Below, piece after piece: positions 31,210 to 49,918 of a stretch of DNA of 64,000 nt (the first letter of the stretch is position 1; each line of letters starts with the position of its first letter). The DNA is from the human T2T-CHM13v2.0 reference genome, Homo sapiens. The notes beneath the pieces are model-generated. The model made no database searches, had not been told where the DNA came from, and saw only the letters and a program-made list of their open reading frames with translations. The position numbers and the translations under genes were made by a program. The stretch is taken from NCBI RefSeq assembly GCF_009914755.1, contig NC_060930.1; one strand, written 5' to 3'.

Positions 31210-31649
31210 GAGACAATTTTCATCTATTAGAGTGATTTTTATCTGACATTCTGATCTAGTTCTCTTGCTCCTTAGAGATAAGAAAGAAACAACCAGCTAA
31301 AATATACAATACATTCTTATTGCAATTTGTTTTTTTATTACATTTACAACAGCTTCTTATGTAACTCTGTCTCATTACTTGGTTGGATACCAGATTGCTT
31401 AGTCAAGAACGGTCTGACTGGCAAGGAGTTTCCTTAAAATTCATACACATGAAAATATCAGATTTGCATTTTTTGAATGGAAGCTTCCTTTAGTTGTATA
31501 GCAAAACAAAGTCTATTCTAGAAATAAATATGTCATGTTTATTTCTACTAAATATTCAGCCATCACAATTATTTTAATTCATTCATCCTCCTTTTCATAA
31601 TGTTACTAAAAGTATATCACATTTTTAAACAATACATCACTCTTATTTT

Positions 31650-34540
<2,891 letters not shown>

Positions 34541-34544
34541 AAAA

Positions 34545-35796
34545 TTTCCTTTGCTGTGGTGAAACTTTTTAAATTGATAAAATCCCATTTGTCCGTTTTT
34601 ACTTTGGTTGCCTGTGCTTGGGAGATTTTACTCAAGAAATCTTTGCCCAGACCAAGGTCCTGGAGTGTTTCTCCAATGTTTTCCTCTAGTAGTTTCAGGT
34701 TCTAAACTTAAGTCTTTAAACTATTTTGGTTTGCTTTTGTATATGGTGAGAGTTTGAGGTCCAGTTTCATTCTTTTGCATATGAATATTTTCTTTTTTCA
34801 GCATCCTTTCTTAAAGAGACTGTTAACTAAATGAATAAAAGAAAATCCACAAAGGAGAAAAAAAGTATTTGCAAACTACCCATCTGACAAGGAATTAATA
34901 ACCAGATTATATAAGGAGCTCCAAAAACACTCAATAACAAAACAAAACAAAAACAAAACAATAACAAAACAATACAATTAAAAGCTGTGAAAAGATCTCC
35001 ATAGACATTTCTCAAAAGAAGACACATAAATGGCAAACACATGTATGAGAAAATGCCCAACGTCACTAAGCTTCAGAGAAGAGCAAATCAAAGAAAGCTA
35101 CAATGAGATATTATCTCACTCCAGTTAAAATGGCCTTTTGTTCAAAAGATAAGCAATAACAGATGCTGGCAAGAATGTAGAGAAAGGGGAACCCTCATAC
35201 ACTTGTTTGAAATGTGAATTAGTGCAGCCACTATGAAAAACAGTATAAAGGTTTTTCAAACAACTAAAGAAAGAACTACCATGTGATCCAGCAACCCCAC
35301 TGCTTGGTATACATCCAAAAAGAAAATAAATCAGTATATTAAAAAGATATCTGCACTACTATGATTATTGCAGCACTATTCACATTACCCAAGAAGTGGA
35401 ATCAAACTAAGTGTTCATCAAAAGATGAATGGATAAAGAAAATTTGATATATATGCACAATGAAATATTATTAAGCCATAAAAAAACAACGAAACCATTC
35501 TTTTTACAATAACATGGATAGAACTGAAGGACATTATGTAAGTATAAAGAATAAGATTTAGTGTTTGGTAGCACAACAGGGTGACTATAGTTAACAATAA
35601 TTTATTGTATATTTTAAAATAACAACAAAAATGGAATTACAACATTCCTAACACAAAGAAGTGATAAATGCTTGAGGTGATGAATATCCTAACTATGCTG
35701 AATTTGATCTGTGCACGTTGTATACTTGTTCAAAATATCACATGTACCTCATAAACATGTCTGATTATTACATATACATAATAATTAAATAAAAAT
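34545..35796 (+). mobile_element. 5'-inverted (twin-primed) L1MA-type element
   Basis: 34545-34823 is antisense ORF2. 34824-35796 is sense ORF2 C-terminus plus an L1MA-type 3'UTR. The two parts come from adjacent L1 positions. Confidence 0.8.
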
Positions 35797-35951
35797 GATA
35801 TTTTCTATATTAAGACTAGTAATCCTGTATTTGTGATTTACATTGCAAATATCTTTTTTGCATCGTTATTTGTCATTTGATTTACTTCTGGTACTCTTCA
35901 CCATCACAGTTTTATCTTTATTTTTACATAGTCAAATCAACCAATATTCTT

Positions 35952-38452
<2,501 letters not shown>

Positions 38453-38714
38453 AATATTCTTAAATTGCATTTGAATTTTAGCTAGAGTTAGAAAGCCTTT
38501 ATCTATATCCAGATAATAGATATAATTACCCATGTTTTCTCCTGGCAAAACAAAAAAAAAAGGTTTGATCCCAAATCCATTTGGAGTTTATTTGTGTGTA
38601 TGGTGAGAAAAACTTTAACTTTTTACATAATTTAGTCATTAGTTCCAATATCATTTATTTACCAAAAAAGCTATCTTTTCCTTAGTGGCTTGAGATATAA
38701 TCATTATCATAGTT

Positions 38715-38890
38715 TGTATATATCTGTATTTATGTATCTATATACATATATACATGTATATATATCTGTAGATATGTATAAATATATGTATATATCTATA
38801 TATAGATATATATACACATACACATGATACATATGTAGGTCTATATATCATTATATTTGTGCGTATGTGTGTATATATGTATGTACTATA

Positions 38891-38925
<35 letters not shown>
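38715..38925. repeat. (TA)n-rich low-complexity/microsatellite tract
   Basis: Direct reading of the sequence. Confidence 0.9.
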
Positions 38926-38928
<3 letters not shown>

Positions 38929-41900
38929 TGCAGTTGAGTCTATTTCTTGACTTTATTTTTGATTCTATTATTTTTCTGTGCATTCCTGCTTCTGTTTTCG
39001 TTGTAGTGGATTTGTGCCATGCTTTAATTTTTCATAAGACTAATTGCCTTCATAGATCTTCCTGTCCACTATTTTCCTAGCTATTCTTATGATATCACAG
39101 TGTTCAAAAGCCATTAAAAAAGTGAAATGTTATTTTTATTTATAATTGTCCTTAATGACTACATATCTTATGGTCAGTGTTAATTCTTAGAGACCTCACA
39201 TAGCCTTTCAATCTAAATTAAGCCTGAAATGTCTTAATTTATTACATCTTGTTATTCACAAAGTATATGTCAATGTATATAATTATATGCTTGTTTGTGA
39301 AACCATTTACTACGTGTTTTGCATTACCTGCACACTTCTGACCCATTCTCTACTTTTCTCTCATAAACGCTTCATTGCATGTAAGTGACAGAAATTTTAG
39401 TTCTGTTAATCCTACTGTACATTTCATTGACTTTTTCCTTCAGTTGGCACTTGGTGATTGTCATCACTTCTGGGTTAGAATCAGAATACAAGGGGCAAAT
39501 CATGGGAAGTGCCATGCAGAGCTGTAAACTCTTGTTTATCAGCACACATGGAAAACCTACATGTCACTGCAATAAATAATGAAGGAGCTTTGAAGAAGTA
39601 TAAGGATTCTGCAATAGCAAATGAGTGAACAAGTCAATGAGATGTACAGTAGGATTTACAGAAATAAAATTTCTATCACTTATTTGCAATAAAGCATTCA
39701 TGAAGGAAAAGTAGAGAATGAGTCCTAAGTTCCTACTGAGTCTATGAATATCCAGGAAGTTAGATGGTAGAGGGCATGGAGGATAAATTGAGCTGTGAAT
39801 TTTTGAGTTATTGCTATCACCACTGATATCCAATACAGTTCACTACTGTCTGCATCCTTTCCAAATTCAACATGGTTTCTGTCTCCAATACATTTGCAGA
39901 ATGCAATGCTGTAAAATGAAATCCAGTTTAAAATATCATTAAAAAGGCCAAATTGCAAGAACATAATGGCACTAGAGAAAATAAATCAAACAGAAAAACA
40001 AGTGGCTTTGAAGAAATATATTAGTACCAGTATAAACATTAATTTGTCTAGTCATCATTGCAATTAGCAGGTCTTAGCCTTGGCTTGTATAACGTATATA
40101 TTATCATCCTATTTACTCAGATCTCAATGGAGGGGATTTTCTTCTAAAAAACATATTAGAAGAGTATTCCCTTTGAAAGAAATTAGACGTTATTTCTCAG
40201 AATTAAGTGAGTAGATAAAATATATCTTACTTACTTGTTACCGAATTCTACTTAGTGACTTTTATTATTGAAGAAGATTGAGTCTTGATTTCTATTACAT
40301 GAGAAGGGAAGTTAACAGTTTTTAACACGCATTGTATATTTTAATATTCAAAGTTCACAAAATACTCTACGTGACAAATATTAGCATGTGGCAGAATTAG
40401 AAATTGAACAAATCTTGACTTTTTTCAATGTCAATGTCCTCTTCTCTATAAAATATTGTTTGACAAATATTATGGCATAAAATGTTTATGAGTTATCTCA
40501 CATAGTCTTATTTGTATTTATTAAGTTACTTGAATTCTTGAAAGGGAAGTGCTAGACTTTTCTTTCAGTTATTTCTACTGAATGTGGCAGAGAATTCACA
40601 GTTTCTAAATAAATTGACAAACACAAATGAATTAATAGAAATTAATAGATCATAATTCCCTCAAGTAAAAACCTGAAGAGTATATATACAAGTAACCCTA
40701 ATTAGAAAAGATCAATTAGCAGACAATAAATGGTTTGGGGTCTTAAGCAACATACTAAAATTTTGACAATTTCTACTATTCCAATGAGAGAGATTAAACC
40801 ATAGTGAAGGATACAGTAATTATGTGGTAAATTTGTATGTTTCACATTACAATTTAAAAAGTGATACAAATAAAATGGCTTCAGAGACTTGGTTGATGAT
40901 GTCAACAGACCTAGTGTGTTGAAAGATTTCAATAATGCTTATTTTATTTTAGTTTCATGGCATACATCAGATATGCCACTTTAACAATTCAATTAATTAA
41001 TAATTATTTAGCATTCAGCTATAAAAAGCACAAGCACAGATTCATAATATATAATTTAGACTAATCATCCTATATTCTTCAGTTATTGCATTTCAGGAAA
41101 GAGTAATATTATAAGAAACATTAAGGTAGACACTTGAATTAAAATGAGTATTAATTCTATGACAAAGAGTTTTTATTTTTTAAAGTTGTGTTTGTGTGCA
41201 TATGTGTGTGTCATTTTATCATTTTAGGCTAATACCATTTTGGTAAGAGCTGTTTGTTTGAAGGGTGCTTGGGAGGCCAAGATTTTTTTTTTTAATAATG
41301 GAGTAGAGTAACACCAAATTTCAGGCTGAATTCATTACCTACAGTTACATTCTCATAGGTTTTTGACTTAAATTTATTCTTACCACAGGTAATTGTCTTA
41401 TTTTCCTCATAAGTAAACAGAGCATATTAGAAATGTCTCCTTAATTACATGATAAAATAATTCACAAAGTAGTATGATTGTTTTGACTCTGTTGCCTAGA
41501 GAAATAATTTAGTAATTGGTACATTAAAAGATTTAGGAATTTCTTTGAAAACTAATATTGATAGTATAGCTATGTGCTAAATCTAGATGACTGAAAGAAC
41601 CAGAATTTGCCAATTAAATGGATCATTGTGGACTCTTATCAGTAGCTTGGAACAGTCAAAGTAAATGAGTTACATTACCCATGGACAAGGTAACAGAAGC
41701 AATGCATCAGTCAAATCAACGGTGATCAGGTACACTAAAAAACAATCAAATTAATCTGGTAAACTCTGTTGTATTTCAGTTGTTTCAGCTGTGTATATCT
41801 TACATTTGCTCTAGAAAGTAGAATTTGCACTGGGAGAATCAGGCTAATTAACTATTAAATACTTTAGGGTACAAAAATTCTAATGCTTCATTTCTTATGA

Positions 41901-42299
41901 TAAAATTTAATAAAGGACAGAAATTAGCACAACATTAATCTATCTAGTGACAGGGATTGAAATATAAATGGGAACTGGAAAAGGTTTCCAACTTGTTATA
42001 GACTTCAGAGTTTAGTTCAATATTATTCTCTATTTTTATATTTCTAACCTCAAAATTATATAGCCTCTTGAATTGTTATGACATATTGGATTTATGTATT
42101 TATTCCTACATTTACGGATTAGCTTTCTTGGATTTAATATCTCTTGCAAGAATATCTGACACTATATGTAAAACATTATATATAAACAGATACAAATATA
42201 TAATTGAAAATGAGGGAAGCAGAAGAAGCCCTGGAAGGAGAGTAAAGGTTAACCTTGCCTCAGGATAAGTAACTAAATGACGTTCTGAACCTAGAAAGG

Positions 42300-42486
42300 T
42301 TGGGCAACATGGTAAGACTCTATCTCTACAAAAAAATTAAAAATTAAGCAGGTGTGGTGGCACACACCTGTAGTCCCAGCTACTTGAGAGGCTGAGTGGA
42401 GGATTGCTTGTGCCTGGGGGGTTGGGGCTGCAGCGAGCTGCACGCCAGCCTGGGCAACAAAGCGAGACCCTGTCAAAAAAAAAAAA
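42300..42486 (+). mobile_element. 5'-truncated Alu (AluJ-like)
   Basis: tgggcaacatggtaagac...cctgtagtcccagctact...cctgggcaacaaagcgagaccctgtc followed by poly(A). Confidence 0.85.
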
Positions 42487-44982
42487 TCCTAACAGATCCC
42501 ATGGTGTTTTGATATGAATCCTTTTTTAAATTTTATTTTAGATTCTTATGAGTTATTTTTAGGCTGCCAAACAAATCAGAGTAAGAGAGTTTCTGGAATT
42601 ATTTTATCTTGTCTTCTCAATGTATTAGACAAGATTTAAACACAAACAATTATTGAGGAATCTTCAATTCTGTAATCTAGCAGAGAGAGGTGGAGTGGGA
42701 TAAGGGATATTCTAAAAAAGGAAGAATTCCTGATGTAGGGATAACTTTAATAACTAAAAGTGAATTTATGAAGTATTATGTCTTGGTAACAAAAGCAAAA
42801 TCTAAATCACTACTTATTTATTGTTATAAATGATTACATTTACTTTCCAAAACTGTTAGATTTGAAGATCAATTATATGTCCCAGGTTGTCATATGGTAA
42901 CCATAAATTTAAATTTTAAATTAATTATAACCCATTTTATGCAAACATAATGGTTGTCACATGACATAATTCATTTCAAATATAATTATGTGACATTTTT
43001 ATTCAATAATTAACATTAAATGCATATCTTCAAATTAAAAAAAATCAAGGTTAAAATAGATTAGAACAGGCAGAATTCTGCTGAGTTTTGCAATATTCTA
43101 ATCTAGTGTGATTGGTGCAAAGCATATCTCCAAAATCTTTCATTAATTAATCAGACATTTTACTCTCTCTCACGGAAGAATTTCTAATGTGTTTAGTGAC
43201 TCCCTCCAAATTTTAAATATGCAGATTTTTGGAAGTCTTATTTTTTTCAAAGAAAAGACTAATTCTGTAATTATTAAGACAAGAAATATATGGTCATTAA
43301 AAACATTTCTTATCTTGTCAAGGATACTGATTCAAAAATGTGTTTACCATGATAAGCAGCCAAAAGGGAAGGAAGAATGAAAATAATGAAATAATAATAA
43401 GAAAAAATGGGAAAAATGTGAAATATCCAACCTTAATTTTGAAGGAACAGATAACCATTGTACTTACAGAAACTGTAGGCTTTAAGTACATATGACAAAT
43501 GTAGAGAAACCTGAAAGAGTATGTTTAAAAAGATGGGGAAAAGAAGATACAAAAATCTGATCTTTTCTCTAATAAATTTGTGGTATATATAATCTCACAA
43601 TGAATTACAGTTAAATCACTTTACTAAACAGGACTTATAATAAAATAAGAAGTAAGTTAAATACTTATATGCATTTCTTCGACTATAGAATGAACACTAG
43701 CTGGCATCCACTGCTTTATTCTGCATAATTATATCTTCTCTATTTTTTTAGTACATTCCTTTCTCCATACATCCTCACCAACTCCAAGTCACACAGACAT
43801 TCTGCTTCTAACATGGCTTAAATGATTTTCTCAATCTAAAATATTCTCCTTTTTTTGCTTTGTCCAAAATTATTCTTTTCCTGCAATGTTAGAATTATAT
43901 CTCTTCAACCTATCTTCATTTTTTCTTCCCCAAGTCTCAGAAGGACCATTAACCTCTCTTTCACTTAGGTCCTAAAATATCTTAGTATTTTGCACCTATA
44001 CAATAGTATCCATTTAATTCTGTCTTGGTTTTTAATTAGTTATATACAGAATTTTCTTCTCCTTTTGACTATAAATTTAAACTATATTAAATTATCTATT
44101 TTCAAAGTAAGGTATTTGGTTTTATCTTTGTATTACTAACAACACCTACCATCTTGCAATGGTTATGAGGATTATAAAAATAACAATATTAGCTAACATT
44201 TTAGTGTAGTGCTTACACCATTCCAGGCACCATTCTAAGGGCCTTACATATTTTCATATCATTTAAAACTTATCTAATACAATTGGCATTATCAGTAGTG
44301 AGTTTTAGGTAAAATGTTGTAAATCATATTAGACATCTGCCTTAAAGTATATAGCCCACTTAACAGTTGAGATTTTGTCTGTCATGAAAAGTCAATCTTA
44401 AGTGAGATGTATTAGAAGAGACGAACTTTATGTTAGATTAGGATACAGCCTTTAGATAGGGTCAATGCACATCTTGGCCATTACCTAGTTGTGTGAAAGA
44501 ACCCAAGTTCCTTTAATTTTCTTATTTATATTTCCCTCAATGTGAAAAATGATATTTTTCTAATGGACCTATGAGAAAAGAAATATTATGCATTTAAATA
44601 ACTTCAAATATGTTAGGTATAGGGTATACATTGCAAAATCCCACCCATTTTTATTGTTGATATTTTTGTTTTTAAATATTAATTTTCTAGAGAGAGCTGA
44701 AGGCAACTCTAAGGAAAACTGAGGGGGGAAAAGGAAATGTTTTGACTTGGTCATATTTTTCACATAGAACCACTCTTCTAAGGATATTTTATATATTTTT
44801 AAACATTATTTCAGATATGCAGACAAGTATAGTGAAAAATGTAAGATATGTCTGTAAATACTTCACCCAGATTCAGTTTGTCATGGTAAATTTTAGGTAA
44901 CTATTATAAAAAAGATAGTGCACCTTAAAGACACAATTGAAGCTTCACCCAAAATTATTCCTGTCCCCAGATTTAACTTTGC

Positions 44983-45278
44983 TTTTTTTTTTTTTTTTTT
45001 GAGACAAGTTCTGGCTGTGTCACCCAGGCTAGACTGCAGTGGCATGCGGTCTTGGCTCACTGCAACTTCCACAGGGGTTCAAGCGATTCTCCTGACTCAG
45101 TCTCCCAAGTATCTGGGATTACAGGTGCATGCTACCATACCCAGCTAATTTTTGTACTTTTAGTAGAGACGAGTTTCACCATGTTGGCCAGGCTGGTCTC
45201 TACTCCTGACCTCAAGTGATCCTTCTGCCTAGGTCTTGCAAAGTGCTGGGTTACAGGCGTGAGCCACCACGCTCAGCT
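44983..45278 (-). mobile_element. Alu (AluS-like)
   Basis: Antisense dimer with flanking direct repeat tccccagatttaac (44964-44977, 45285-45298). Confidence 0.93.
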
Positions 45279-45799
45279 GGTCCCTCCCCAGATTTAACCC
45301 TAAGTTGGTATGTATCCTCTCCCTTGATGTTTTTATGCTTTGACTACATATATAAATATATACAGTGTATGTATAATTCTATGATTTAAAAAACAATTTC
45401 TTTAACTAGGAGTGAAATGTGTGTTCACAAGACTAAGTTTCAAATGGCTGTTTAAATTCAGTTAAATAACATACTCTCCATCAGTGTATGAAAACCACTG
45501 ATTTCCCGCAAGTTCTACAATATTTGGTAAGAAAAATTAATTTTGTCAATATATTGATTATAAAATTTTATCTCATTTCAGCAATAAATTCAATTTATCT
45601 TTCAGATTCCCTTTGCCTTTTGTCTTTCTTTTCTGTAATTGTCTGTTGATATTTTATGCTGATGTTTCTATGTTTTCGATTTTGCACTGGTTATACTAGG
45701 TTTTTATATGTCTTTATACACCAACCTTTGTCAGTATGTAAGAATGTTTTCATAGTTTGTAAACTTTGTCTTTATTAACTTCATTTAGAATGCTAGTAA

Positions 45800-47045
45800 C
45801 TTGACTTCTTGTTTTGATAAAACAAATTCAACAAGCCAGAGGAAGAACTGCTACACTTACTTTCCAACAAATGCATTAGCCTACCTTACCCACCTGCATC
45901 TATCACTCTATGTTTCCTTTATCTTCTGTTTTAATCAATGCCCTATGTGTATTCCCATGGAATGTCAACAATTTCCCTTGTGGACTAAATCCTGTTCCCT
46001 CCTCAGCTCCAAAGAAGATAAAAGGATGAACTTCAGGAGTGACCCTCCTTCTCTAGGAGTGACTCTTCTTCTCTAGGGTCACTCCTGAAGTTGCTCCTTT
46101 TATCTTCTTTGCTTTCTACCTTATCAGTGTTTCCATTCTACTGGACTATTACTATCAGCACAAAAACTTTATTAAATGAGTTTTTTCTTGATCATGTGTT
46201 TTCTTTCAGTTATCACCATATTTCTAAGTTCCCTTTTGTACCAAAATAATTTGAACTAATTACTTGTATTTAGGGTCTGTGCTTCTGCATATGATTTTTT
46301 TTTCTCAACAGACTCTAAAATCCACCATTCTTAAATAATACTTATCTTGGTTACTGGAAATCTTAATTTTGTCATACTGATGAACAAGTCTGTCTTCATT
46401 TTTACTTCATATCTATACACTTTTTGACAGTTTTGATTTTTTTTCTTCTTGAAACATAAATGTATTATCTGGGTTATCTTGGTTATTCACCAGCAGTTCT
46501 TATTTAAAAAGCATACTCTCATCCTTTCCGTTTTAAATATTGGAGTAATTTCTCTTTTATTCTCTAACTACACAGCTGACTTATGATTTTTGGTACCATA
46601 CCACATTGATCATTTCAAATTTTTTATTTCAGTCTTTGAGTGTAGACTCATACATTCAGCTGTCTTTATAACATCTCCACTTGGATGTCTAATAAGCATT
46701 TCAAATGTACCTCATTCAAGAATAAATCCTTGATTGTTCTGTCTCAAAGTTACTCCTTCACAAATTTACATCAACTGAATAAATTCACCATGATTCCTCC
46801 AATTGCTGAGGCTGTAAACAGAATTTAACTTTAATTTTTTTCCTCACAATCTACATGCAATTAATTTACAGTAATTAGTTTAATTGGCCCTCCTTTAAAA
46901 ATTTATCCTAAACCTAATACTCATTTGTTATCTCCACATCCTAGCCAAGGTACAGTATTCTCTCTGCTTGACAACTGCAATGTTCTCTATACTAGTCTCC
47001 CTGATGCCATACTTTGCTCTAGTTGTTGATTCTCCAACCAGGGTA
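45800..47045 (+). mobile_element. L2 fragment (continues after the L1 at ~51505-51650)
   Basis: acatctccacttggatgtctaataagcatttcaaa and other L2 3'-region motifs. Confidence 0.75.
46010..46111. repeat. Inverted repeat (37-bp arms, 35/37 match, 28-nt spacer) overlapping a 20-bp tandem duplication
   Basis: Arm 46010-46046 (caaagaagataaaaggatgaacttcaggagtgaccct) is the near-perfect reverse complement of arm 46075-46111 (agggtcactcctgaagttgctccttttatcttctttg). Confidence 0.95.
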
Positions 47046-47839
47046 ACATTGTTATTTTTATTTTACAATTTATTTTAAATTCAGGGGTACATGTTCAGGT
47101 TTGTTATATAGGTAAACTTATGTCATGGGGGTTTGTTGTGCAGATTATTTCATCACTCAGTATCAAGCCGAGGACCCATTAGTTATTTTTCCTGATTCTC
47201 TCCCTCTTGCAACCTTACACCCTCTGATAGGCTGTAGTGTGTGTTGTTCCCCTCTGTGTATTTACATTTTCTCATCATTTAGCTCCCACTTATAAGTAGA
47301 ACATGTGGTATGTGGTTTTCTGTTCCTACATTAGTTTCCTAATGGCAATGCCCTTCAACTCCATCCATGTTCCTGCATAGGCCATAATCTCATTCTTTTT
47401 TATGGCTGCATAATATTCCATGGTGTGTATGTTACACATTTTCTTTCTTCAGTCTACCATTGATGGGCATTTAGGTTGATTTCATGTCTTTGTTACTGTG
47501 AATAGTACTACATTGAACACATGAATGCATGTGTCTTTATGATAAAACAATGTATATTTCTTTGGGTGTATACCCAGTAATGGGATTGCTGGGTCAAATG
47601 GTAGTTCCCTTCTTAGGTCATTGAGGAATTGCCACAGTGTATTCCACAATGGTTGAACAAATTTATACTCCCACCAACAGTGTATAAGTGTTCCTTTTTG
47701 TCCACAATATAACCAGCATCTTTTATTAATATTTTTTGACTTTTAAGTAATAGTCATTCTGACTGGTATGAGATGGTATCTCATTGTGGTTTAGATTTAC
47801 ATTTAAGTGATCAGTGATGTTGAGCTGTTTTTCCTATGA

Positions 47840-48265
<426 letters not shown>

Positions 48266-48769
48266 TAGATGTTGTATATTAGACTTTCATCAGATACATA
48301 GTTTGCAAATATTTTATCCCATTCTGTAGGTTGTCTATTCACTATTCACTCTGTTGATAGTTTCTTTTGCTGTGTGGAAGCTCTTTAGTTTGGTGAGATT
48401 CCATTTCTCAATTTTTGCTTTTGTAACAATTGCTTTTGGCATCTTTGTCATGAAATCGTTGCCCATTTCTATGTCGAGAATAGCATTGCCTAGGTTGTCT
48501 TCCAAAAGTTTTGTAGTTTGGGTTTTACATTTAAATCTTTAATCCATTTTGAGTTAGCTTCTGTATATGATGTAAGAAAGGGATCCTGTTTCAATCTTCT
48601 ATATAGGGCTAGCTAGTTATTCCAGCACCATTTATTGAATAGTGAGGACATTCCCCATTGCTTGTTTCTGTCAACTTGCTCAAAGATCAAATCACTTCAG
48701 GTGTGTGACCTTATTTCTGGATTCTTCATGCAGTTATATTGTTCTATGTTTCTGTTTTTGTACTGGTAC

Positions 48770-49918
48770 TGAGAGGTGACAACCTGCTAGCAGCCCTCAC
48801 TCGCTCTCAGCGTCTTGTCGGCCTCGTCCGCTCTGGCCACACTGGAGGAGCCCTTCAGCCCGCCACTACGCTATGAGGGCCACTCTCTAGGGCTGGCCAA
48901 GACCGGAGCTGGCTCCCTCTGCTCACGGGGAGGTGTGGAGGGAGAGGCGCGTGTGGGAGCCGGGGCTGCGCGCGGCACTCGCGGGCTGGCATGGGTTCTG
49001 GTTGGGCGTGGCCGGCAGGCACCTGCTGGGCTTGATCTGGGAACAAGCTCCCTCTGGGCTGCTGGAGTGCCTGCACTAGGTGCCACAAAGTCCCTCAGCC
49101 ATTGCCATTGAGAGGTGAAGCGGGCTGGGCTTCTGGGTCATGTGGGGACCTGGAGAACTTTTGGGTCTAGCTAAAGGATTGTAAATGCACCTATCAGCGC
49201 TCTGTGCCTAGCTAAAGCTTTGTAAACACACCAATCAGCACTCTGTCAAAACAGACCAATCAGCTCTCTGTAAAATGGACAAATCAGCTCTCTGTAAAAT
49301 GGACCAATCAATAGGATGTGAGTAGGGCCAGATAAGGGAATAAAAGCAGGCCACTGGAGCCAGCAGTAGCAAGCTGCTTGGGTCTCCTTCCAAGCTGTGG
49401 AAGCTTTGTTCTCTCACTTTTTGCAATAAATCTTGCTGCTGCTCATGCTTTGGGTTCCTGCTGCCTTTATGAGCTGTAACACTCACCAGGAAGGTCTGCA
49501 GCTTCACTCCTGAAGCCAGCGAGACCACAAGCCCACAGGGGGAGGGGGTGGACGGGAGGAACGAAAAACTCCAGACGTGCCACCTTAATGAAATATAACA
49601 CTCACCGCGAAGGTCTGCGGCTTTACCCCTGAGGCCAGCAAGACCAGGACCCCACCGGAAGGAACAAACAACTCCTGAGGCGCTGCCTTCTAAGAGCTGT
49701 AACACTCACTGCCACACTCACTGCGAAGGTCTGCAGCTTCACGCCTGAAGTCAGCGAGACCACGAACCCCGCAGAAGGAAGAAACTCCAGACACATCTTA
49801 ACATATGAAGGAACAACCTCCAGACACACCATCTTTAAGAACTGTAACACTCACCGCGACGGTCCACAGCGTCGTTCTGGAAGTCAGTGAGTCCAAGAAC
49901 CCACCAATTCCGGACACA
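48770..49918 (+). mobile_element. Solo LTR12 (LTR12D/E-like, CpG-rich U3)
   Basis: Termini TGAGAGGTGAC...CCGGACACA with TSD gtac/gcac (one mismatch). Internal second tgagaggtgaagc at 49109 and U5 tandem units. Confidence 0.93.
49185..49350 (+). promoter_or_regulatory. LTR12 core promoter: CCAAT boxes, GATA site, TATA-like AATAAAA
   Basis: ccaatca at ~49231, 49256 and 49304; agataag at ~49330; gaataaaag at ~49338. Confidence 0.6.

Noticed and set aside
49235-49705. 156-aa ORF and related ORFs at 5761, 8888 and 9402
   Set aside because: These are incidental LTR12 reading frames, similar to each other only because the LTRs are homologous.
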